Source: Thermoplasmata archaeon (GTDB lineage: Archaea; Thermoplasmatota; Thermoplasmata; Lutacidiplasmatales; UBA184). Taken from it: a DNA stretch of 59,801 nucleotides. The translations under genes and the position numbers were made by a program. Positions 36,943-43,959 of this stretch are shown in pieces. Each line of letters opens with the position of its first letter. Position 1 is the stretch's first letter. The notes under the pieces were generated by a model, which saw only the letters and a program-made list of their open reading frames with translations, ran no database searches and had not been told where the DNA came from. The stretch covers positions 1 to 59,801 of the forward strand of contig DATJVB010000036.1 of NCBI GenBank assembly GCA_035502055.1. Direction: 5' to 3'.

Positions 36943-37027
36943 GTGTGTTTAAACGTAAACAGGGTATTTGAGCCCACCGAAGCCCCGATCGTAGGAGATG
37001 GACTCCCCGGATCTGGATGGTCATCGG

Positions 37028-37065
37028 GAGAGTCCTCCGGCGTGGGTTCATGCTCCCGGCGGGAA
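37028..37065 (-). repeat. Cassette-boundary repeat: GAGAGTCCTCC box plus the TGCTCCCGGCGGGAA core (copy 3)
   Basis: CATGCTCCCGGCGGGA at 37049..37064 is a 16-nt perfect match to 37804..37819. Positions verified with track ORF 36998..37249. Confidence 0.8.
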
Positions 37066-37132
37066 CCATCCCAAAGATGGTTCAAATCCGGGCTACCGGC
37101 GTATCTGGCTCGGTCCCGGAAAGGGGGGCCCC

Positions 37133-37411
37133 CTAGAACCCCTTCAGCTCGTGGTAGGCGCTCGCCCGGTGGCGGAAGGCGACGATCCGGATCAGGTCCC
37201 CATCCACGCGGTAGAAAGCTCGCCACCGGCCCACGGCCAGGCGCCATAGCCCGGATCGCCCCACCACGGGCCGAAGGTTCAGCTCCGGGTCCCATCCCGT
37301 CGGGTTGCGGACCAGGAGGTCGAACGCACGCCCGAAGGCCAGCTGCCCCCGGCGCGGAAGCCGGGCCAGCTCCCCGTCCGCCCCGCGCTTGAAGCGCAGG
37401 GAGTACGCCAT
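37133..37411 (-). CDS. relE: RelE/ParE-superfamily toxin (archaeal RelE-like)
   Basis: 92 aa. GRSGLWRLAVGRWRAFYRVDGDLIRIVAFRHRASAY is the RelE core pattern. Confidence 0.8.
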   Translation of the reverse strand: MAYSLRFKRGADGELARLPRRGQLAFGRAFDLLVRNPTGWDPELNLRPVVGRSGLWRLAVGRWRAFYRVDGDLIRIVAFRHRASAYHELKGF

Positions 37412-37412
37412 C

Positions 37413-37628
37413 CTACAGCTTCAGGCGCTTGCGCACCCGCTCCCAGGGGACGTCCGGTTCTTCGCGCAGCCTGCGTTCGATCTCCCGGAAGAACGACTCC
37501 GGAGGGTTTTCCTCCATGAGATCGAGCACGACATCGTCGTACGTCTTTCCCCCGATTCGGTAGGTCTCCAGGAGCCGGCGGGTCGAGGAACGCACCTGGA
37601 TGGTGGTGGGCGGGTCGGCCGCAGCCAT
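37413..37628 (-). CDS. Putative antitoxin of the adjacent RelE-like toxin
   Basis: 71 aa, ending 1 nt before the toxin start. It is a paralog of 35574..35804. A CTTAAG A/T box lies about 26 nt upstream. Confidence 0.65.
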   Translation of the reverse strand: MAAADPPTTIQVRSSTRRLLETYRIGGKTYDDVVLDLMEENPPESFFREIERRLREEPDVPWERVRKRLKL

Positions 37629-37805
37629 GAGCGTTCTATGGCCGCTATGGACTTAAGCCTGCCTCTGTCGGTGGGAGCTGCCGGCCCTTCGCCGTCCTGC
37701 CCCCGGACCGCCTTGGCCCCGGTCCAACGTGGGGCCCGGGAATCGAGGGCGAATCGGTTCATGATCGGCCCTCGCGGTCCGCACTCCGCCTGGGAAGGGT
37801 GGCCA

Positions 37806-37880
37806 TGCTCCCGGCGGGATTCGAACCCGCGTTGTCGGGTCGAAGGCCCGATATCCTTGACCGGACTAGACTACGGGAGC
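37806..37880 (-). tRNA. tRNA-Glu (anticodon UUC), 75 nt, no encoded CCA
   Basis: Hand-folded cloverleaf. Acceptor GCUCCCG pairs with CGGGAGC. The D arm is GUCU-AGUCCGGUCAA-GGAU. The anticodon arm is UCGGG-CCUUCGA-CCCGA. The T arm is GCGGG-UUCGAAU-CCCGC, with discriminator A. The sequence was cross-checked against the codons of track ORF 37799..38083. The anticodon loop has C, not U, at position 33. Confidence 0.8.
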
Positions 37881-38158
37881 GCCTCCGGTCCGGAGCCCCC
37901 CGGCCCATGAGGCTTTCTAGGGACCGCGGGAACGGGGCGGCGCGGGTCGAACGAAGACGGCGCCGGCGCTCGATCGGCCGGAGACGATGTCGGTCGTCCG
38001 CGGCGCCGACCGGGGATCGTTTCTCTACCGGACACCCCGTGTGCCTCGGAAACCTACGGTTTATACGGGGGGCCCGCGCATAACCTGCCGTGCGTGGCGC
38101 TGTCGCGCCGCACGACCCCCCCGGCGCGTCCCCCCGCGCGTCCCGCCTGCTTCGCCGG

Positions 38159-38446
38159 ATGGGCACGGCGGCGGCAACGTTCGTCCTGGTCGACCTTCTC
38201 GCGGGGTTCGTGGCGTTCTCGCTGATCGTCCTCGGCACGCTCTGGTACTTCGCCTACTCCTGGACCGTCCTCGCCGGGGAAGCGGCGTCGGCGGGCGGGG
38301 CGTTCGGCACGGCGGCGCAGCTGGCGGACGCGACGGGCCTCCTGTTCGTCCTCCCGATGGCCATCGCCCTCGTCCTGTACCTCGCCCGGTCGGCCTTCCA
38401 GCTCCCGAAGCGCCTCTGGCGGGCCGGGATGGGCACGCCGGGCTAG
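38159..38446 (+). CDS. Small membrane protein
   Basis: This is track ORF 38090..38446; the likely start is ATG at 38159 (MGTAAATFVLVDLLAGFVAFSLIVLGTLWYF). It has 2-3 TM helices. Confidence 0.5.
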   Translation: MGTAAATFVLVDLLAGFVAFSLIVLGTLWYFAYSWTVLAGEAASAGGAFGTAAQLADATGLLFVLPMAIALVLYLARSAFQLPKRLWRAGMGTPG

Positions 38447-38481
38447 GCGATCCTCCGCCCGGCCCGACGACGTCCCGCGCG

Positions 38482-39786
38482 CTAGCCGACGCGCTCCCAC
38501 CGCTCGAGCTTCTGCACGCTCGAGAGCGTCGATCCGCGCCGGATCTCCTCCCGGACGCGGTTCTCGTGCTCCAGCACGTCGAGCGCCCGGTTCGCCACCT
38601 CGCTCGCCCGCTCCCTCGGCACCACCACGAGCCCGCTCGCGTCGCCGACGATCCAGTCCCCGGGGCGGACCTTCTGCCCCCCGACGACGACCTCGACGCC
38701 GATCTCCCCGTGGCCCTTCGGCTCGCCGGCGTTCGGCGAGACGTGCCGGCTGAAGACGGGGAACCCGAGGGCGAGGATCGCGTCGAGGTCGCGGGCCGCC
38801 CCGTCGATCACGACGGCGGCGAGGCCCCGACCGTGGGCGCTCCACGACGCGAGCTCCCCCCAGACCGCCGTCGTGCCGCCGCCCGCGTCGATGACGAGGA
38901 CGTCGCCCGCGTTCGCCCGGTCGATCGCCTCGACCGGCTTCGCCCAGTCGCCGTCGCGGGTGACGACGGTGACGGCCGGCCCGGCGAACCGGACCGTCGC
39001 GTCGGGGAACCTCGGCAGGAGGCCGTGGAGCGCCCCCTGCCGCTGGAGGGCGTCGGAGAGGTTCGGCGTGGAGACCTTGAGGAGCGCCTCGCGGATCCGG
39101 TCCGGACCGTACCGGTGGAACTCGGTCGTCGGGACCGCCTCGCGCGTCTCGATCGCGGTGCGGAGCGCGCGCGTCGCGGCGGCGATGTCGGGGCTCTTCG
39201 TGATCGCGCCGCCGACGATCAGGATCTGGGCCCCGGCCGCGACGGCCGGGGCGACGGTCTCGCTCGTGAGGCCGCCGGCGACCGCGACCGGTACCGGCGA
39301 CGCGTCGGCGAGCGCCTTGAGCTCGGCGAACGGCGTCCGAGCCTGCATCTGCATGTCGATGCCGATGTGCAGGCAGACGGCGGCCGCCCCGAGCGTCGCG
39401 ACCCGTCGGGCCCGGGCCGGGGGGTCGGGGACGTTGAGGAGGTCGACCACGACCTCGGCGCCGTACTTCTCCCCCCCGCGGACCGCCTCGGCGATCGTGT
39501 CGTCATCGGCCGCGCCGAGGACCGTCACCATGTCCGCGCCGGCCTTCGCCGCGATCTCGACCTCGAAGGCGCCGGTGTCCATCACCTTCATGTCGGCGAC
39601 GATCCGGCGACCCGGGCACGCCTTCTTGAGCTCGCGGACCGCGTCGAGCCCCTCGCTCTTGATGAGCGGCGTCCCGGCCTCGACCCAGTCGACGCCCCCG
39701 GCGACCGCCTCCCGGGCGGCGGCGAGCGCCCGGGAGAGGTTCTCGAAGTCGAGGGCGACCTGGAGGACCGGCCGGTCGAGCCGCAT
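38482..39786 (-). CDS. Bifunctional 3-hexulose-6-phosphate synthase (OMP-decarboxylase fold) fused to an RraA-like domain
   Basis: 434 aa. The N-terminal half (LQVALDFENL..WVEAGTPLIKSEG..ADMKVMDTG..AVAGGL..IVGGAITKS) is HPS/KGPDC-like. The C-terminal half (NLSDALQRQGALHG..GDVLVID..AVWGELAS..GLAAVVIDGAARD) is RraA/HMG-aldolase-like. Confidence 0.85.
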   Translation of the reverse strand: MRLDRPVLQVALDFENLSRALAAAREAVAGGVDWVEAGTPLIKSEGLDAVRELKKACPGRRIVADMKVMDTGAFEVEIAAKAGADMVTVLGAADDDTIAEAVRGGEKYGAEVVVDLLNVPDPPARARRVATLGAAAVCLHIGIDMQMQARTPFAELKALADASPVPVAVAGGLTSETVAPAVAAGAQILIVGGAITKSPDIAAATRALRTAIETREAVPTTEFHRYGPDRIREALLKVSTPNLSDALQRQGALHGLLPRFPDATVRFAGPAVTVVTRDGDWAKPVEAIDRANAGDVLVIDAGGGTTAVWGELASWSAHGRGLAAVVIDGAARDLDAILALGFPVFSRHVSPNAGEPKGHGEIGVEVVVGGQKVRPGDWIVGDASGLVVVPRERASEVANRALDVLEHENRVREEIRRGSTLSSVQKLERWERVG

Positions 39787-39807
39787 CCGGCGAACGAACG
39801 GGGGCGA

Positions 39808-39816
39808 GTATTAACC
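39808..39816. promoter_or_regulatory. A/T box (GTATTAACC) in a 56-nt divergent intergenic region; candidate bidirectional TATA element
   Basis: It lies about 30 nt from the ATG at 39843 (plus strand) and about 25 nt from the ATG at 39786 (minus strand). It is the only A/T-rich element between the two starts. Confidence 0.4.
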
Positions 39817-39842
39817 GTCCATGGCCTCGAGGGAAGGGCGGG

Positions 39843-40679
39843 ATGCCGCGGCGCCGGGGCACCATCCGGGTCATCGAGGGCGACGCCCGCCGGCTCGACG
39901 GCCTCGGGGAGGGATCGGTCCATCTCGTCGTCACCTCGCCCCCGTACCCGATGATCCCCGTCTGGGACGCGCTGTTCGCGTCGTGGGGGGCCCGGGGGTT
40001 CGAGGCGATGCACGCCGCCCTCGACGCGGCGTGGGCGGAGGCGGCCCGGGTCCTCGTCCCCGGCGGGCTCCTCGCGATCAACGTGGGCGACGCGCTGCGC
40101 CGGGTCGACGGCGAGTTCCGGCTCTGGCCGAACCAGGCCCGCGTCACCGCGGCGGCGACCCGGCTCGGACTGTCGCCGCTCCCGTACGTCCTGTGGCAGA
40201 AGCCGACGAACCGGCCGAACGCCTACCTCGGATCGGGGTTCCTCCCGCCGAACGCGTACGTCACCCTCGACTGCGAGTACGTCCTCCTCTTCCGGAAGGG
40301 GCCGCCCCGGCGGTACCCTCCCCACGACCCGGACCGGACCGCGAGCCGCTACTCGCGGGCGGACCGGGACGTCTGGTTCAGCCAGGTCTGGACCGGCGTG
40401 ACGGGGGCCCGGCAGGGCCCCGACGGGAACCGGACGAGCGCCTTCCCGGCCGAGCTCCCGCGCCGGCTCGTCCGGATGTTCTCGGTCGTCGGCGAGACGG
40501 TCCTGGACCCGTTCGCCGGCACCGGCACCACCCTGTTCGCCGCGGCCGAAGAGGGCCGGGAGGCGATCGGGGTCGAGCTCGACCCGGTCCGCGCCGAGGC
40601 GCTCAGCCGGCGGGCGGCGGCGTGGAACCGTTTGGCGGCCGCTCGCGCCCCGCGAGCTCCTCGTCGACGGCGCGCTTGA
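39843..40679 (+). CDS. DNA methyltransferase, beta-class N4-cytosine/N6-adenine type
   Basis: 278 aa. Motif IV TSPPY precedes motif I DPFAGTGTT, which is the beta-class order. The FPAELP region is also present. The SPPY form is more typical of N4-cytosine enzymes. Confidence 0.85.
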   Translation: MPRRRGTIRVIEGDARRLDGLGEGSVHLVVTSPPYPMIPVWDALFASWGARGFEAMHAALDAAWAEAARVLVPGGLLAINVGDALRRVDGEFRLWPNQARVTAAATRLGLSPLPYVLWQKPTNRPNAYLGSGFLPPNAYVTLDCEYVLLFRKGPPRRYPPHDPDRTASRYSRADRDVWFSQVWTGVTGARQGPDGNRTSAFPAELPRRLVRMFSVVGETVLDPFAGTGTTLFAAAEEGREAIGVELDPVRAEALSRRAAAWNRLAAARAPRAPRRRRA

Positions 40680-41148
40680 GATAGCCGAGGGCGTGGTCGC
40701 TCAGCCGGTCCATGTGCAGTAAGAGGTAGTGGAGGTACACCCGCTCGGGCCGGCGCGACGGGCCCGGCGGATGGCTCCGCACCCCCGGTCCGCCCGCCGT
40801 CCGCTCCGCCCCCGCTTCCAGCGTCGTCGGGTCGTGCTGGTGCTCCGGTCCGTGGAAGGCGCGTCCGGTGCCCCGCGTGAGCGGCGGGTACACCCGGTCG
40901 ACCGGATCGAGGGCCGCCGCTGGGTCCGCCGCGGCGCCCGCGGGTCCCATGCGCCCCGGGTTCGGACCCTTCGCCGAGACCGGCGGGAGGTGGCCGAGCT
41001 TGTGGGCGAGGTACGGGTGGACGGGCCGCGACGGGTCCTGGAAGTCGGTGATCGGCCGGCCGGCGACGCGCTCGACGATCGTGGTGAGGCTCCAGCTCTC
41101 CCGCCGGCGCGCCGGACCGTCGGCCGTCGACGAGTCCGCCCCCGCCAC
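40603..41148 (-). CDS. Hypothetical protein, last gene of the VirB4 operon
   Basis: GTG at 41148 lies in frame in track ORF 40603..42708, with strong GC3 bias. The sequence is VAGADSS..SWSLTTIVERVAGRPITDFQDPSRPVHPYLAHKLGHLPP...RVYLHYLLLHMDRLSDHALGYLKRAVDEEL. I recognise no domain. The opposite-strand ORF is Arg-rich junk. Confidence 0.4.
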   Translation of the reverse strand: MAGADSSTADGPARRRESWSLTTIVERVAGRPITDFQDPSRPVHPYLAHKLGHLPPVSAKGPNPGRMGPAGAAADPAAALDPVDRVYPPLTRGTGRAFHGPEHQHDPTTLEAGAERTAGGPGVRSHPPGPSRRPERVYLHYLLLHMDRLSDHALGYLKRAVDEELAGRERPPNGSTPPPAG

Positions 41149-41170
41149 GGGCGACCCTCGGCCGCGCCTC

Positions 41171-41177
41171 TGATAAA
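41171..41177 (-). promoter_or_regulatory. TTTATCA box 26 nt upstream of the GTG at 41148
   Basis: An isolated A/T heptamer in the 53-nt gap after the VirB4-like stop. The same TTTATC hexamer occurs upstream of the antiporter gene at 31835..31840. Confidence 0.3.
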
Positions 41178-41201
41178 CGTGCCGTTCGACGGGCACGCGC
41201 G

Positions 41202-42857
41202 CTACGCGGGCCCCGTCGGACGGACGAGGGTCCCCTCGAGCAGCTCGACCTCGGGGGTCGACGCGACGAACGCGAGCGGCAGGTGCGCCGGGCCGACGCG
41301 CAGGAGGCCCTCCGAGTAGCCGACGTCCCGGGCGACCCGGGCCCGCGGAACCCACTCCGCCTCGGCGTCGGTGAGCCGGAAGATCGCCCGGGCCGCGTCC
41401 GAGACGTGCGGGAGGCGCAGGAGGGTGACGTCGCCCAGGTTCCTGAGGAGCGCGCGACCCGGGTCGGTCGTCGCGAAGTCGTCCGGGTCCTGGCTCGCGA
41501 GGACGAGCCCGCCCGCGAAGTGCCGGACGTGGCGCACGAGCCGGTCGAGGAGCGAGAGCGCGGCCGGGTCCCGGGCCAAGAGGTGCGCCTCGTCGACGAG
41601 GACGAGCTTGGGACCGGGCCGGCGGGCGAGCCGGCCCGCGACGGCGTCGAGCAGGAAGGCGAGATGGTACGGCCGGTGCCCGTCGGCGACGTGGCGGAGA
41701 TCGATCGCGACGGGCCCCTCGGACCACCGGACGGTCGTCGGACCGTTGAGCCCGCGGAGCGATCCCGAGACCACGAGCTCGAGGAGGCCGGGGAGCGCGC
41801 CCGGACGGGCGTCGCGCGCGACGCGGTCCTGTAGGTCCGCGAACGTCGGCTCCGCGAGCTCCGCGTACGCCCGGGCGAGCGCCCGGTCGAGGGCGCCCAT
41901 CTCCTCGTCGTTCAGCGACGGGAACAGCGTCCGCAGCTCGAGCGCGGCGCGCGCCGCCTTCTCGGTCCGGTCCCCGAGCGTCGTCGCCGGGTCGAGCGGG
42001 TTGAGCCGGCCCCCGTCGGGGCTCCCGAGGGCGACCACGTCGCCGCCGATCGCGCGCACGAACGGCCCGAACTCGCCGAGCGGGTCGAGGACGACGAGGT
42101 CGAGGTCCGGGTATCGCCAGCGGCTCCGGAGCATCGTCACGGCGGCGAGGAACGACTTCCCCGACCCGGTCGCCCCGAAGATCGCCGACGAGTGGCTCGC
42201 CCGCGCGAACCGGTTGAGGAAGACGGGGGCGGCGTCGTCGAGCGACAGCCCGACGAGGATCCCGCCGGGCTCGGCGACCGCCTCCTCGATGAACGGGAAG
42301 AACGCGGCGACGCCGTCGGTGTGGAGGGTGTGCCAGAACCCCGCCGGCCGGTCCTCCGGGCCCGCGAGCGCCGGGCCGGCGAGGGCGGGGGTCGTCTCGA
42401 ACCGGGGCGGCCGGACGCCGAACCCGAGAGCCGCCGCCCGGCGGGCGACCGTCGACCGGAGCCGCTCCGCCGCCGCGCGCGTCGCGGCGCGCGCCGTGAG
42501 GACCCAGCCGACTCGGTAGAGCCCCTGCTCCCGCGCGGCGACCCGGTCCCCGAGCGCCGTGGCGCTCGCCCGTTCGACCTCGAGGGCGCTCGTCGATCCG
42601 GGGCCGCCGTCGTCCGGCGCGGCGAGCTCGACCGACGCGACCGAGCGGGCCCGTCCGAGCAGCTCGAGCGCCTGCGGACGCGCGATCGGATGCAGGTGCA
42701 TCCGCCACTCGGCCCGGGAGCCGCTCGGCAGGATCCGGCCGACGACCCCGAACGGCACCTCGCTCGGCAGCGAGGAGAGGAGGATCGGCGCCTCGATCCC
42801 CGAGGGGTCCGTCCGGGTGGTCGCGCCCTCGCGTCCCGGGCCGCGTCGCGCGCTCAT
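41202..42857 (-). CDS. VirB4/TrbE/CedB-like conjugation-type ATPase
   Basis: ATG at 42857 lies in frame in track ORF 41202..43199 (MSARRGPG..). Walker A is IFGATGSGKSFLAAV and Walker B is KLVLVDEAHLL. The VLASQDP region is present. The about 230-aa N-terminal domain is of the VirB4 type (FWHTLHTDGVAAFFPFIEE..GILVGLS). The start overlaps the upstream stop (ATGA). Confidence 0.8.
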   Translation of the reverse strand: MSARRGPGREGATTRTDPSGIEAPILLSSLPSEVPFGVVGRILPSGSRAEWRMHLHPIARPQALELLGRARSVASVELAAPDDGGPGSTSALEVERASATALGDRVAAREQGLYRVGWVLTARAATRAAAERLRSTVARRAAALGFGVRPPRFETTPALAGPALAGPEDRPAGFWHTLHTDGVAAFFPFIEEAVAEPGGILVGLSLDDAAPVFLNRFARASHSSAIFGATGSGKSFLAAVTMLRSRWRYPDLDLVVLDPLGEFGPFVRAIGGDVVALGSPDGGRLNPLDPATTLGDRTEKAARAALELRTLFPSLNDEEMGALDRALARAYAELAEPTFADLQDRVARDARPGALPGLLELVVSGSLRGLNGPTTVRWSEGPVAIDLRHVADGHRPYHLAFLLDAVAGRLARRPGPKLVLVDEAHLLARDPAALSLLDRLVRHVRHFAGGLVLASQDPDDFATTDPGRALLRNLGDVTLLRLPHVSDAARAIFRLTDAEAEWVPRARVARDVGYSEGLLRVGPAHLPLAFVASTPEVELLEGTLVRPTGPA

Positions 42858-43189
42858 ACGGCCGTCCGGCCGCGGACCCATCCGGCGATCGGGAGCCCCC
42901 CCAGGCCGAGGATCGGTCCGCCGAGGTGGAGCGCGCCGACGGCCGGCACGGCGAGCGCGACCCAGCCGAGGCCGTAGGCGGCGACGCCCACGGCGGTCCA
43001 TCGGGGGTCCCGCGGGAGCGCTCCGCGGTCCCGGGCGAGCCGCAGGACGATCGTCGCCCCCAGGAGCGCGGCGAGCGCCTCGGCGAGCCCGAGGAAGTAC
43101 GGGACCGCCGCGGCGACGAGCCCGCTCGCGAGCGCCGCGACGGCGATCGTTCCCGGACCGACGGGGCGGTCCCCTCCGCCGTCCGTCAT
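42854..43189 (-). CDS. Small polytopic membrane protein (3-4 TM), unknown; possible VirB3/CedA2-like role
   Basis: ATG at 43189 lies in frame in track ORF 42854..43939. The sequence is MTDGGGDRPVGPGTIAVAALASGLVAAAVPYFLGLAEALAALLGATIVLRL..AVGVAAYGLGWVALAVPAVGALHLGGPILGLGGLPIAGW. There are ATGA overlaps at both ends. Confidence 0.55.
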   Translation of the reverse strand: MTDGGGDRPVGPGTIAVAALASGLVAAAVPYFLGLAEALAALLGATIVLRLARDRGALPRDPRWTAVGVAAYGLGWVALAVPAVGALHLGGPILGLGGLPIAGWVRGRTAV

Positions 43190-43959
43190 GCGCGGCCACC
43201 CGACGGAAAGCCGGCCCGCTCGACGGCGGTCCGAAGGACGGGCCCCGCGAGCCGCGTCGCCGGCACGCCGAGCGTGGCGAGGCGTTCCTCGATCCCCCGC
43301 GCCCGGGACTCGAGCGGGTCGTCCGGCCCCCCCGACGGGCCCGACCAGATCGCGATCTCGATCCGCCGGCGCCGCCGCCGCTGGCAGAGGAGCCGGACGA
43401 GGGCGTCGTACCCCGCGCGTGCGGCCCGCTCGCCCTCCGAGACGGCCGGCCCGGCCGGCAGCCGGAACGCCCGGTCCGACCACGGCTCGCTCGTCACCCG
43501 TACGAAGATCGGCCCGTCGAGGCTCCGCAGGAGCTCGACGTACCCGTCGAACAGCGCCCGGGCATCGGGCGGCGGCAGGTAGGCGACGGGGATCCCGCCC
43601 GCGGCGATGACCACGAGGCGGTGGCCGTCCGGAAGACGGACGACGCGCTCGAGCGGCCGCGCCGGACCCCGCGCGCGGGGGCCCGGGCTCCGGCGTCGCC
43701 GGCGCACCTCGTACGCGACGCGGTCGAGGAGCCGTTCGTCGAGGGTCCGCCCGTCCGATTCGCGCGTCGTGAGGAGGAATCCGCCTCCGAGGAACGGCAG
43801 CCACGCGATCGGACCGACGGCGAGCGCGGCGAGGAGGCCCGCAGTTGCGACGGCGGCGAACCGGAGCGCCGCCCCGGCCGTCGGGAACGGACCGAACCGG
43901 GGTCGCCGCCCGACGGGCGCGGGCAGCGGGATCGCCCACGGACCCGGCGCTTCGCTCAC
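43186..43959 (-). CDS. Membrane-anchored protein (N-terminal TM hairpin plus about 180-aa cytoplasmic domain), unknown
   Basis: GTG at 43959 lies in frame in track ORF 43186..44649 and overlaps the VirB6-like stop (GTGA). The TM hairpin is ALRFAAVATAGLLAALAVGPIAWLPFLGGGFLL. The soluble part is ..VVIAAGGIPVAYLPPPDARALFDGYVELLRSLDGPIFVRVTSEPW... Confidence 0.55.
   Translation of the reverse strand: MSEAPGPWAIPLPAPVGRRPRFGPFPTAGAALRFAAVATAGLLAALAVGPIAWLPFLGGGFLLTTRESDGRTLDERLLDRVAYEVRRRRRSPGPRARGPARPLERVVRLPDGHRLVVIAAGGIPVAYLPPPDARALFDGYVELLRSLDGPIFVRVTSEPWSDRAFRLPAGPAVSEGERAARAGYDALVRLLCQRRRRRRIEIAIWSGPSGGPDDPLESRARGIEERLATLGVPATRLAGPVLRTAVERAGFPSGGRA

Larger units (their letters stand above)
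34431..37805 (-). mobile_element. Lower-GC genomic island downstream of tRNA-Glu: tandem toxin-antitoxin cassettes separated by copies of the tRNA 3' end; no integrase
   Basis: The motif TGCTCCCGGCGGGA occurs in the tRNA gene at 37806..37819 and again at 37051, 36175 and (one change) 35355, all in the same orientation. Each interval holds one TA pair. Individual lines hand-counted here are roughly 50-55% G+C, against roughly 75-80% in flanking lines. The left boundary is uncertain. Confidence 0.6.

Noticed and set aside
37075-37095. GGTTCAAATCCGGG, a T-loop-like string suggesting a second tRNA or tRNA fragment
   Set aside because: I could not build flanking stems (the T stem pairs only 3 of 5, and there is no acceptor or anticodon arm). 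It is probably chance or part of the cassette boundary.
40603-41148. The 181-aa protein as the restriction endonuclease partner of the neighbouring methyltransferase
   Set aside because: No PD-(D/E)xK, HNH or GIY-YIG motif is visible. It is on the VirB4 operon strand with its own A/T box, so it is left as unknown.
42835-42860. Apparent frameshift near the VirB4-like start when I hand-copied the sequence
   Set aside because: The ORF track shows three different frames reading continuously through this spot, all consistent with one base fewer than my hand copy. My transcription was in error, not the gene. The start was set by frame arithmetic (42857).
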